Origin: Propionibacteriaceae bacterium
Lineage (GTDB): Bacteria > Actinomycetota > Actinomycetes > Propionibacteriales > Propionibacteriaceae
DNA length: 58,969 nucleotides
NCBI GenBank assembly: GCA_031272805.1
Contig: JAISTC010000029.1
Coordinates: forward strand, 1-58,969
Direction: 5' to 3'
A program made the translations under genes and the position numbers. Shown here one piece after another: positions 43,795-52,245 of the stretch (position 1 is the first letter of the stretch; each line of letters begins with the position of its first letter). The notes beneath the pieces are model-generated. The model had not been told where the DNA came from. It saw only the letters and a program-made list of their open reading frames with translations, and did no database searches.

Positions 43795-44565
43795 TCACGC
43801 GCCCTGGAAGGGGTTGGCGGGGCGCTTCTCGAGGAAGGCGCCCATGCCCTCTTTCTGGTCGGCCGTGCCGAAGCACGACGCGAAGACCTTGGCCTCGAGG
43901 GCGAGGCCCTCGTCGAGGCCGCCCGCCAGCCCGTCGCGGATGCCGACCTTGCAGGCCCGCACGGCCAGCGGCGCCTGGGCGGCGATCTGGGCGGCCAACT
44001 TGGCGGCCTCCCCCATCAGCTCCTCCACCGGGTAGACGGCGTTGACGAGGCCCACGGCGAGGGCCCGGTCGGCCTTGATCCGGCCGGTCGAGAAGATCAG
44101 TTCGCTGGCCACGGCCACGCCGCAGAGGCGGGCCAGGCGCTGGGTGCCGCCGAAGCCCGGCGTCACGCCGATGCCGACCTCGGGCTGACCGAAGACGGCC
44201 TTCTCGGAGGCCAGTCGGATGTCGCAGGACAGGGCCAGCTCGCAGCCGCCGCCGAGCGCGAAGCCGTTGACGGCCGCGATCGACGGGATCGGGAGTTGCT
44301 CCAGCTTGCGGAAGACCGCGTTGCCGAGTTTGGAGAACTCCTCGGCCTCGGCCGGGGTCATCGAGACCATCTCGCCGATGTCGGCGCCGGCCACGAAGCT
44401 GCGGCCCGCGCCGGTCAGTACCAGGACCCGGGCGTCGGACGCCTGGATTTGGTCCAGCGCGTCGTCGAGTTCCTTCAGGACCCCGCTGTTCAGGGCGTTG
44501 AGCGCCTCGGGCCGGTCGATCGTGACCGTGGCGACGTAGGCGTCGATAACGAGGTTGACTGCCAT
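43795..44565 (-). CDS. crt: Short-chain enoyl-CoA hydratase (crotonase)
   Basis: 256 aa, with ...VTIDRPEALNALN..., GAGRSFVAGADI and ..AVNGFALGGGCELA. Confidence 0.92.
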   Translation of the reverse strand: MAVNLVIDAYVATVTIDRPEALNALNSGVLKELDDALDQIQASDARVLVLTGAGRSFVAGADIGEMVSMTPAEAEEFSKLGNAVFRKLEQLPIPSIAAVNGFALGGGCELALSCDIRLASEKAVFGQPEVGIGVTPGFGGTQRLARLCGVAVASELIFSTGRIKADRALAVGLVNAVYPVEELMGEAAKLAAQIAAQAPLAVRACKVGIRDGLAGGLDEGLALEAKVFASCFGTADQKEGMGAFLEKRPANPFQGA

Positions 44566-44570
44566 GTTCC

Positions 44571-45881
44571 TTAGTTCCTATCAATCGCGTCGAGCGTGGC
44601 GAAGCGGCGCTCGTACTCTTCCTGGAGTTGCGCCCGGACGTCCGGGTGGGCGATGGCGATGAGCCGTTGGGCGCGCTGGCGGAGGGAGGCGCCGTGCATG
44701 GCGGCGATGCCGTACTCCGTCACGATGTAGTCGGCGTCTTCCCGGAGGGTCGACACGCTGGAGCCCTCGTCGATGAACGGCACGATCTTGGAGATGCCGC
44801 CCTTGGCGATGGACGGGAAGGCCATGATCGAGCGGCCGCCCTTGGAGTAGGCCGCGCCGCGGACGAAGTCGGCCTGGCCGCCGATGCCGGAAATCTGCTT
44901 GAGGCCGGCGGAGCTCGACACGATCTGGCCCTGGAGGTCCACCTGGACGCAGGAGTTGATCGACACGAGGTTGTCGTTCTTGGCGATGACCAGCGGGTGG
45001 TTGACGTAGTCGACGCCCGCCATGTAGACGGCCGGGTTGTTGTGGACGTAGTCGTACAGCTTGCGCGTGCCCATGAGGAAGTTCACGACGCAGAGGCCGG
45101 GGTGGTACGTCTTCTTCGAGTTGTTGACGACGCCCGCCTCGATCAGCTCGACGACGCCGTCGGAGAACATCTCGGAGTGGATGCCCAGGTCCTTCTTCTC
45201 GGTCAGGAAGCGGAGGACCGCGTCCGGGATGGCGCCGATGCCGAGCTGGAGCGTGTCGCCGTCGTTGATGAGGCTGGCGCAGTGCTCGCCGATGTTCATC
45301 TCGACGTCCGAGAGCTTGGGGGCGGGCAGCTCGATGATCGGGCTGTCGACCTCGACGATGGCGGCGAACTTGGAGACGTGGATGAACGTGTCGCCCAGCG
45401 TCCGCGGCATGTTCGGGTTGACCTGCGCGATGACCGTCTTGGCCGACTCGGCGCCGGCCTTCGAGTAGTCGATCGACACGCCCATCGAGCAGTAGCCGTG
45501 CTCGTCCGGCGGGCAGACGTGGACGAGGGCCACGTCGGGGACCAGCTCCGTGCGGAGCAGGTCGGGGAACTGGTGGAAGAAGATCGGCGTGTAGTCCGCC
45601 CGGCCCTCGGCCAGCGCCTTGCGGGTGGAGCCGCCCGCGAACACGCAGTTGTGGATGAAGTGCTCCTCCATGCCGGGGGCGCAGTAGGGCGAGGTGCCCA
45701 TCGGGACCATGTGGACGATCTCGACGTGGCGGTAGGCCGCCGCGTTGGCGACCATCGCGTCGATCAGCGCGGTCGGCTCGGCGCAGGCGTGGTGGACGCA
45801 GACGCGGTCGCCCGACTTGATGAGGTTGACGGCCTCCGCGGCCGAGGTGAGATGGGACTTGTAGTGCTCGCGCCAATCCAT
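44571..45881 (-). CDS. abfT: 4-hydroxybutyrate CoA-transferase (acetyl-CoA hydrolase/transferase family)
   Basis: 436 aa. MDWREHYKSHLTSAAEAVNLIKSGDRV.., a ...GIGGQADF... motif, and position next to abfD. Confidence 0.85.
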   Translation of the reverse strand: MDWREHYKSHLTSAAEAVNLIKSGDRVCVHHACAEPTALIDAMVANAAAYRHVEIVHMVPMGTSPYCAPGMEEHFIHNCVFAGGSTRKALAEGRADYTPIFFHQFPDLLRTELVPDVALVHVCPPDEHGYCSMGVSIDYSKAGAESAKTVIAQVNPNMPRTLGDTFIHVSKFAAIVEVDSPIIELPAPKLSDVEMNIGEHCASLINDGDTLQLGIGAIPDAVLRFLTEKKDLGIHSEMFSDGVVELIEAGVVNNSKKTYHPGLCVVNFLMGTRKLYDYVHNNPAVYMAGVDYVNHPLVIAKNDNLVSINSCVQVDLQGQIVSSSAGLKQISGIGGQADFVRGAAYSKGGRSIMAFPSIAKGGISKIVPFIDEGSSVSTLREDADYIVTEYGIAAMHGASLRQRAQRLIAIAHPDVRAQLQEEYERRFATLDAIDRN

Positions 45882-46001
45882 GGCGGGGCTCCTTCCTTCG
45901 GGTCTGTTGCAGGACGGGGTTGTTCGGTTTCTCGGAATGGTCGGGGCCGCGGGTCACGCCGGTAGTGGCCCGTGGGGGAAGTCGCGCGGGTGGACAGGGG
46001 C

Positions 46002-46370
46002 TTAGGCGGCCCCGCCTTGCCGGCAGGGTGCCGGCGCGGGGTTGGCCACCGCCAGGGGGAGGAGCCGGGGCGGCGGCGCGCTGAACTTGTGGTGGCCCAT
46101 GAGGAGCTTGGCCTGGGCGATCAGCTCGTCGGAGACACCGCCGTCGAGGACGACGTCGCTCAGCTCGGGCAGGGCGCCCAGCAGTTCCTCCTTGACGATG
46201 AGGTGCATGGACATGTCGGCGGCCGGGCAGCCGACGCACTCGCCGTGCAGCGTCACGTGGACGACGTTGTCCTCCAGGGAGGCGAAGCTGATGTCGCCGC
46301 CGTGGAGGGCCAACACCGGGCGCACGCGCTCGGCCAGGACGGCCTCGATCCGGTTCGTCAAATCTGCCAT
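46002..46370 (-). CDS. NifU C-terminal-domain (Nfu-like) protein
   Basis: ...VRPVLALHGGDISFASLEDNVVHVTLHGECVGCPAADMS... carries a CxxC motif. It has a Pro/Ala-rich tail. Confidence 0.85.
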   Translation of the reverse strand: MADLTNRIEAVLAERVRPVLALHGGDISFASLEDNVVHVTLHGECVGCPAADMSMHLIVKEELLGALPELSDVVLDGGVSDELIAQAKLLMGHHKFSAPPPRLLPLAVANPAPAPCRQGGAA

Positions 46371-46409
46371 GGTCTTCCTCTGGGAGTTGTCCGGGTTCGG
46401 GCGGGCCGT

Positions 46410-46441
46410 CCCCGGAGGCGGCCCAGGGGCCGCCTCCGGGG
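46410..46441 (-). terminator. Perfect 14-bp GC stem-loop between abfD and the NifU-like gene (intra-operon attenuator/processing candidate)
   Basis: CCCCGGAGGCGGCC-CAGG-GGCCGCCTCCGGGG, 14 nt after the abfD stop. Confidence 0.45.
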
Positions 46442-46455
46442 ACCGGGTACCGCGT

Positions 46456-47907
46456 TCAGTCGGCGATGTGCAGGATCTTCTTGACCAGCGCCTTCTTGGC
46501 GTTGAGGTCGGCCTGGCGCGAGATCATGATGCGCTGCGCCTGCGGGCTGCCGGCGCCGTGCATCGACTCGGTCATGTAGGCGACCGAGCCCGTGCCGTGG
46601 ACCATGTTCTCGACGAAGCGCATGACCTTGAGGCGGTTCTCCGTCGGCACCGAGGCGACGCCGCGGAAGTACTTGTCGACGATCGGGCCGAGCTTGGGAT
46701 CGCGGAAGTCCTTCTCGGACGGGGCGGTCACGAGCATGCCGCCCGCGATGTCGGCCGCCAGGCGGCAGATCTCGTACGGGAACCGGGTCACGTTCTGCTT
46801 GCAGATGTTGGCCAGCAGCAGGTCAACCAGGTAGTTGCCGGCCGCGGTCGGCTTACCCTCGTACGAGCAGGCCAGGCCGCAGGCCCACAGCGTCTCGTTG
46901 AGGTGGACCATCTCGATGAGCTTGTCCTTGACGTGGCTGGCCTTCTGGGCGCCGTTGTAGTCGGCCGCCAGCGCCGCCGCGCCGATCAGGCAGTCGGCCA
47001 CGCCGGTCTTGCAGCCGCCGTAGCTCTGGCGGTGGTAGCCGGCGAAGCGCTCGACCAACATGCCGGAGAAGTCCCACTCGCCGTCCATGTAGACGTTCTC
47101 GTTCGGGATGAAGACGTCGTCCCAGACCATCAGGGCTTCCATGCCGCCGAAGTCCGGGTTGCCGACGTCGAGGGTCCCGCCCTCGAGCTTGCGCGTGTCG
47201 CAGGACTGGCGGCCCATGATCATGTACAGGCCCTCGACGTCCATCGGGCACGAGAAGCAGACGGCCCAGTCCTTGTCGGCCTCCGTCATCGTCTGCGTCG
47301 GCATGACGATGACCTCGTGGCTGTTGACGCAGCCGGTCTGGTGGGCCTTGGCGCCGCGCACGACGATGCCGTCGGGGCGGCGCTCCACGACGTGGAGGAA
47401 CAGGTCGGGGTCAGCCTGCTTGCTCGGGGAGAGTCCGCGGTCGCCCTTGGGGTCGGTCATGGCGCCGTCCATCACGAGGTCGTTCTCCTGGCAGTACTTG
47501 AGGTACTTGAGGAAGCGCTCGTGGTAGTTCGTGCCGTGCGCCTGGTCCGTCTCGAACGTCGTCGAGAAGACGGCGTTGATGGCGTCCATGCCGACGCAGC
47601 GCTGGAAGCAGGAAGCCGTCTGCTGGCCGAGGATGCGCTGCATGCGGACCTTGTTGACGAGGTCCTGCGGGGACTGGTGGATGTTGAGGAAGCGGTTGAT
47701 GCGCTCGCCCGTGTACGGCGAGATCGCCGTGGCGACGTCCTGGTACTGGGGGTCCTGGGCCAGGTCATAGGTGGCCTTGACCGAGTTGAGGGAGGGGCGG
47801 AGGATCGGGTTGTCGACGGGCGTGTCAACCAGCTCGCCGAACATGTAGACCTTGAGCTTGAGCTTGCGGATGCTCTCTACGTACTCGTCACCGGTCATGA
47901 GTGCCAT
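46456..47907 (-). CDS. abfD: 4-hydroxybutyryl-CoA dehydratase / vinylacetyl-CoA delta-isomerase
   Basis: 483 aa. MALMTGDEYVESIRKLKLKVYMFGE..., with full-length HpaB-family/AbfD-like sequence. The ATG at 47907 is preceded by AAAGGAG. The track ORF was trimmed. Confidence 0.92.
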   Translation of the reverse strand: MALMTGDEYVESIRKLKLKVYMFGELVDTPVDNPILRPSLNSVKATYDLAQDPQYQDVATAISPYTGERINRFLNIHQSPQDLVNKVRMQRILGQQTASCFQRCVGMDAINAVFSTTFETDQAHGTNYHERFLKYLKYCQENDLVMDGAMTDPKGDRGLSPSKQADPDLFLHVVERRPDGIVVRGAKAHQTGCVNSHEVIVMPTQTMTEADKDWAVCFSCPMDVEGLYMIMGRQSCDTRKLEGGTLDVGNPDFGGMEALMVWDDVFIPNENVYMDGEWDFSGMLVERFAGYHRQSYGGCKTGVADCLIGAAALAADYNGAQKASHVKDKLIEMVHLNETLWACGLACSYEGKPTAAGNYLVDLLLANICKQNVTRFPYEICRLAADIAGGMLVTAPSEKDFRDPKLGPIVDKYFRGVASVPTENRLKVMRFVENMVHGTGSVAYMTESMHGAGSPQAQRIMISRQADLNAKKALVKKILHIAD

Positions 47908-48134
47908 GGGTGTACTCCTTTGTCGTGATGGTCTCGCCGGCGGCGGGCGGGGGCGGGGCCGGGCGGAGGGGCGACCCTCCGGGCCGAAGGGCACTCGTGG
48001 CTGGCAGGCGCGTCGTCGGGGTCCTGACGGTCGCCACAGTGCCGCCCTTCGTCGTCGTTGGCGATGGTGGCCTGCAGACCGGCCACCATCCAGTGAGGCT
48101 AGTTGACTGCCCGGCGACTTTCACCATCCGCCAC

Positions 48135-48149
48135 GAACATAAAATGTTC
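48135..48149. promoter_or_regulatory. Perfect palindrome GAACAT-AAA-ATGTTC in the abfD / regulator divergent intergenic region (operator candidate)
   Basis: It sits in the most AT-rich spot I saw in the window and overlaps a TAAAAT hexamer (48140-48145). Confidence 0.3.
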
Positions 48150-48342
48150 TAGCATGTGTCCGTGATCGACATTGACTCACGCCCCCGCCGGATGCCACAG
48201 TGCCGCAATCGGCCCTGGTCCGCGCCCCCCGAGCGGTCCAGGCGCGACGGGACGCCGTCACGACACAACAGATTCACCCTCCGGTCACGGCCCGCGGCTC
48301 CCCGGACCACGCCGCCGCCAACGAACACTGTCAGGATCACCC

Positions 48343-50193
48343 ATGGTGGAGCCCACCATCCCGGCCTCGGTTGAGGACCGGCCCAGGGCCGCGCGCCAGC
48401 GCGCCCAGACCGCGGCGGACCCCGCGGCCAACGTCTTCGCCTCCCCGTCGGTCCACGCCGTCCTCCGCGCGGTCCGTGACTCCTGTACCGACCTGGCGCA
48501 GAACCGTGACCCGGAGATGGTCGCCCAGTCCATCGTCCAGCGGACGCGCCACCTCCTGGCCGCCGACATGGCGTACATCTCGCTCAACGACCTGGCGGCG
48601 GGCGAGACGTTCATCCGCTGGACCGACGGGGTCCGGACGGAGGCATACAAGACGATCCGGATGCCGCTCGGCACGGGCGTGCTCGGCATGATCGCCGCCG
48701 GCCAGCCCCTGGCGTACACCGGCCAGTACGTCGGCGACCCCGAGATGATCCACGTACCGCGGATCGACGCGATCGTGGCGGCCGAGGGGGTACGGACCGT
48801 GACGGGGGTGCCGCTGCGCATCTCGGGCCGCGTCGCCGGGGCCCTGCTCGTGGCCAGCCGGACCCCCACGACGCTGACGCCGCGCGGCCGGTTCGCCATC
48901 GAGCAGCTCGCCGCCCAGGCGTCGATCGCCCTCCTGCAGCAGCGCAGCCGGGACGAGCTGGAGCAACTGCACTCGCTGGTCGACGCGGACGACCGCAGCC
49001 AGGCGGCCCGGGCCCAGGAACTCCAGGGCGCGCTGGAACTCGACGACCGGCTCCTGGAGACGCTGGCGCGGGCCAGCGACCCGGCGGACGCCGTGGCGGT
49101 CCTGGCCGAGCAGCTCGACCGGCCGGTCGGGCTCTGGTCGGCCCGGGGCGACCTGCTCGCCGGGACCGAGCTGCCGGGGCTGACGCGCGACACGGCCAAC
49201 CAGTGGCGCGTCGACGGCGCCGCCCGGGCGTCGATCGGGGCGCACGAGCCGGCCACGCTCCGGCTCGACCACACCGATTTTGCCGTCATGGGCCTGGCGG
49301 TCGACGACACGCACATCGCCACGCTGATCGTCGAATCGGGCTCCGACAACGCGGTCCGGCTGCTGCGGCGGGGCGCGGACTTCGTCATGGCGGCGCTCAT
49401 CATGCAGCGGGTCACGCTGGAGGCCGACCGGCGGGCCCGGTCGATGCTGATTGAGGACATCCTGGCGACGCGGACCGGGCCGGCGCCGCTGGCCCTGCCC
49501 AAGCGGCTGGCCCAGCACGGGCTCAACCTCGGACGCCCCGTGGCGGCGTATTGCGTCGAGGGGCGGGCCAGCGCCCGGCCCAAGCTCTACCGGGTCCTGT
49601 CCGAGGCCCTGGCGGCCGAGCGGGGCGTCATCTCGCCGCACGAGACCCACGTCTGCGTCCTCGCCAACACGGCCGACCCGGCGGCGTTCGGGCGCAAGGT
49701 GACGGCCGCGCTGGCAGCGGGCGGCGTGACGGACGTCGTCGGCTTCGCCGTCGTCTCCGGGGCGACAACGGCGGCCGACCTGGCCGCCGCCCACGACCAG
49801 GCGCTGACCGCGGCCCGGGCGGCGACCGCGCTGGGCTTCGGCGAGGGCGTGTTCGACGCCACCGCGCTCGGGGTCGCCGGGCTGCTCTTGAGCGGGGCCG
49901 ACCCGGCCGTGACGGACTCCCTCATCCAACGGTTCCTGGGCGCCATGCTCCAGTACGACGACGCGCACGGCTCGCAGTTGACCGAGACCGCCTGGCAGTT
50001 CTTCGAGAACGCCCAGCAACTGGGGCCGACGGCCGCCCGCCTCCACGTCCACCCCAACACGGTCAAACAGCGCCTCGGCCGGATCGACAAGGTGCAGGGC
50101 CCCGGCTGGCGGGTCGGCGCCCACGCCGTCGACACGCATTTCGCCCTGCGCCTCTGGCACGCGCGCGAAGCCCTGGCCGGCGGCACCGAGTAG
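48343..50193 (+). CDS. GAF-domain / PucR-family transcriptional regulator
   Basis: An N-terminal GAF-like region (...MAYISLND...GTGVLGM...VTGVPLRISGRVAGALLVAS). C-terminal PucR HTH (...TAARLHVHPNTVKQRLGRI). The ATG at 48343 was chosen within the track ORF. Confidence 0.85.
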   Translation: MVEPTIPASVEDRPRAARQRAQTAADPAANVFASPSVHAVLRAVRDSCTDLAQNRDPEMVAQSIVQRTRHLLAADMAYISLNDLAAGETFIRWTDGVRTEAYKTIRMPLGTGVLGMIAAGQPLAYTGQYVGDPEMIHVPRIDAIVAAEGVRTVTGVPLRISGRVAGALLVASRTPTTLTPRGRFAIEQLAAQASIALLQQRSRDELEQLHSLVDADDRSQAARAQELQGALELDDRLLETLARASDPADAVAVLAEQLDRPVGLWSARGDLLAGTELPGLTRDTANQWRVDGAARASIGAHEPATLRLDHTDFAVMGLAVDDTHIATLIVESGSDNAVRLLRRGADFVMAALIMQRVTLEADRRARSMLIEDILATRTGPAPLALPKRLAQHGLNLGRPVAAYCVEGRASARPKLYRVLSEALAAERGVISPHETHVCVLANTADPAAFGRKVTAALAAGGVTDVVGFAVVSGATTAADLAAAHDQALTAARAATALGFGEGVFDATALGVAGLLLSGADPAVTDSLIQRFLGAMLQYDDAHGSQLTETAWQFFENAQQLGPTAARLHVHPNTVKQRLGRIDKVQGPGWRVGAHAVDTHFALRLWHAREALAGGTE

Positions 50194-50205
50194 ACCGGCC
50201 ACTGT

Positions 50206-50274
50206 GGCCACGGGGTCGGGCAGTGGCTACGGAGCGAGGCACGAGCGACAGCCACCGGGCCCGACCCCGTGGCC
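50206..50274. repeat. Best-preserved single REP-like family-1 unit (69-nt imperfect hairpin)
   Basis: GGCCACGGGGTCGGGCAGTGGCTACGGAGCGAGGCACGAGCGACAGCCACCGGGCCCGACCCCGTGGCC. The arms GGCCACGGGGTCGGGC / GCCCGACCCCGTGGCC and GTGGCT / AGCCAC pair. It starts 13 nt after the regulator stop. Confidence 0.9.
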
Positions 50275-50384
50275 CCGACCGCCATCCACTGCCCCACCAC
50301 CGCACCCGGCGCACCGCGTGACGGCAACTGTCGGTCGCCCACATTAGGGTGGGCCCGAGGCCCAGGACCTAAGGAGGAACCGCC

Positions 50385-51749
50385 ATGCACGAGATTGTTT
50401 GCCCGCACTGCCGCAAGGCGTTCACGATCGACGAGGCCGGGTACGCGGACATCGCCAAGCAGGTGCGGGACGCGGAGTTCGCGGCGCAGTTGCACGAGCG
50501 GCTGGAGTGGGCGGAGGCCGACAAGGAGAAGGCCGTGGCGCTGGCGGAGGCGGCCAAGGACCGGGCTATCCAGGGCCTGAAGGCCCAACTGGACGCCGGC
50601 GTGACGCAGACGAAGCTGGCCGTGGCGGAGGCCCTGGCGGCCGTCGAGAAGGAGCGGGACGCGCTCGCGCTGGAGTTGGAGCAGGCGGCGGCGGAGCGGG
50701 CCCAGGCCCTCGAGCTGGCGGCGGCCAAGAGCGCGGCGGAGCGGCAGCAGCAGGCGGCGGCCAAGGACGCCGCCATCCAGCAGTTGCAGGCGGAGCTGGC
50801 GGCGGCCGGGGTGGAGCGGCAGTTGGCCGTGACGGAGGCCGTGGCGGCGGCCGAGCGGGAGCGGGACGAGGCGCGGAGCGGGCTGGAGAAGCTCGGGCTG
50901 GAGAAGCAGTTGGCGGAGACGGCGCTGAAGGACAAGTACGAGACCCAGTTGAAGGACCGCGACGACGCGATCGAGCGGCTGCGGGACATGAAAGCCAGGC
51001 TGTCGACCAAGATGGTCGGGGAGACGCTGGAGGTCCACTGCGAGACCGAGTTCAACCGGCTGCGCGCGACGGCGTTCCCGCGGGCCTACTTCGAGAAGGA
51101 CAACGACGCGCGGACCGGCAGCAAGGGCGATTTCATCTTCCGGGACTACGACGAGGCGGGGACGGAGATCGTGTCGATCATGTTCGAGATGAAGAACGAG
51201 GCCGACACGACCGCCACCAAGCACCGCAACGAGGATTTCTTCAAGGAACTCGACAAGGACCGGACCGAGAAGGGCTGCGAGTACGCCGTCCTCGTGACCC
51301 TGTTGGAGCCCGATTCCGAGCTGTACAACACGGGAATTGTCGACGTGTCGCACCGGTATCCCAAGATGTACGTCGTCCGGCCCCAGTTCTTCATCCCGCT
51401 GATCACGCTGTTGCGCAACGCCGCGTTGGGGGCGCTGGCGTACAAGACGGAACTGGCGCTGGTCCGGGCGCAGAACATCGACGTGACGCACTTCGAGGAC
51501 CAGCTCGACCGCTTCAAGACCGCGTTCGGCAAGAACTACGACCTGGCCCACCGCCACTTCGAGCGGGCCATCGCCGAGATCGACAAGTCCATCGACCACC
51601 TGCAGAAGACCCGCGACGAGCTGCTGGGCTCCGACCGGCAACTGCGGTTGGCCAACGACAAGGCGCAGGACGTGACGCTGAAGAAACTGACCAAGGGCAA
51701 CCCGACCATGGCGGCCAAGTTCGCGGAGCTGGGGGTCGCCGAGGAGTAG
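50385..51749 (+). CDS. DUF2130-family protein (Zn-ribbon + long coiled coil + PD-(D/E)xK-like C-terminal domain)
   Basis: [29 protein letters not shown]..., an Ala/Glu/Leu-rich coiled coil, and a C-terminal ...GDFIFRD...IMFEMKNE... motif. Confidence 0.85.
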   Translation: MHEIVCPHCRKAFTIDEAGYADIAKQVRDAEFAAQLHERLEWAEADKEKAVALAEAAKDRAIQGLKAQLDAGVTQTKLAVAEALAAVEKERDALALELEQAAAERAQALELAAAKSAAERQQQAAAKDAAIQQLQAELAAAGVERQLAVTEAVAAAERERDEARSGLEKLGLEKQLAETALKDKYETQLKDRDDAIERLRDMKARLSTKMVGETLEVHCETEFNRLRATAFPRAYFEKDNDARTGSKGDFIFRDYDEAGTEIVSIMFEMKNEADTTATKHRNEDFFKELDKDRTEKGCEYAVLVTLLEPDSELYNTGIVDVSHRYPKMYVVRPQFFIPLITLLRNAALGALAYKTELALVRAQNIDVTHFEDQLDRFKTAFGKNYDLAHRHFERAIAEIDKSIDHLQKTRDELLGSDRQLRLANDKAQDVTLKKLTKGNPTMAAKFAELGVAEE

Positions 51750-51753
51750 GGGC

Positions 51754-52092
51754 TCAGGCTGACGCCGGCAGGACCGTGACGGCGGTGACGGGCGTGTCCG
51801 GGTAGCCGAAGCGCTCCCAGTGGTCGGCCAGCCAGGGGGCGCTGATGCCGGCCTCGGGGTCGGCCGGGTCGGCCGCGGACTGCCAGCGGGGTAGGTTGCA
51901 CAGGCGGGTGCCGGCGCGCTCGCCCGTCACGATGAGGATCTGGAAGCCGTGCGTGTCGTGGTACGGCTCGCAGGCCAGGAGCAGGACGTCTGGCGCGCCG
52001 TCGCGCGCGCAGCGCAGCAACGTGCCGCGGGTGAGGGGCGCGGCGCGGTCCGCCAGCGGTGCGCCGTGGTCCAGGTCGAGGTCAAGGGCCAT
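51754..52092 (-). CDS. Hypothetical protein, 112 aa
   Basis: An open frame convergent with DUF2130 (4-nt gap). No recognisable family. Coding status rests only on length and plausible composition. Confidence 0.4.
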   Translation of the reverse strand: MALDLDLDHGAPLADRAAPLTRGTLLRCARDGAPDVLLLACEPYHDTHGFQILIVTGERAGTRLCNLPRWQSAADPADPEAGISAPWLADHWERFGYPDTPVTAVTVLPASA

Positions 52093-52153
52093 GGGGGGAT
52101 TCTAGAGGGGGGCGTCTCCGGAGGTGGGCTGACCGGGGGATGAGTTTGGGGCG

Positions 52154-52245
52154 GGCCACGGTGTCAGGCCCCGTGGCTGTCGCTCGTTCCTCGCTCCGTA
52201 GCCACGGTGCCCGACCCCATGGCCCTGTGCCTGACCCCGTGGGGG
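52154..52245. repeat. REP-like family-1 unit (inverted orientation) plus partial unit
   Basis: GGCCACGGTGTCAGGCCCCGTGGCTGTCGCTCGTTCCTCGCTCCGTAGCCACGGTGCCCGACCCCATGGCC, directly abutting the DUF5709 gene stop. Confidence 0.9.
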
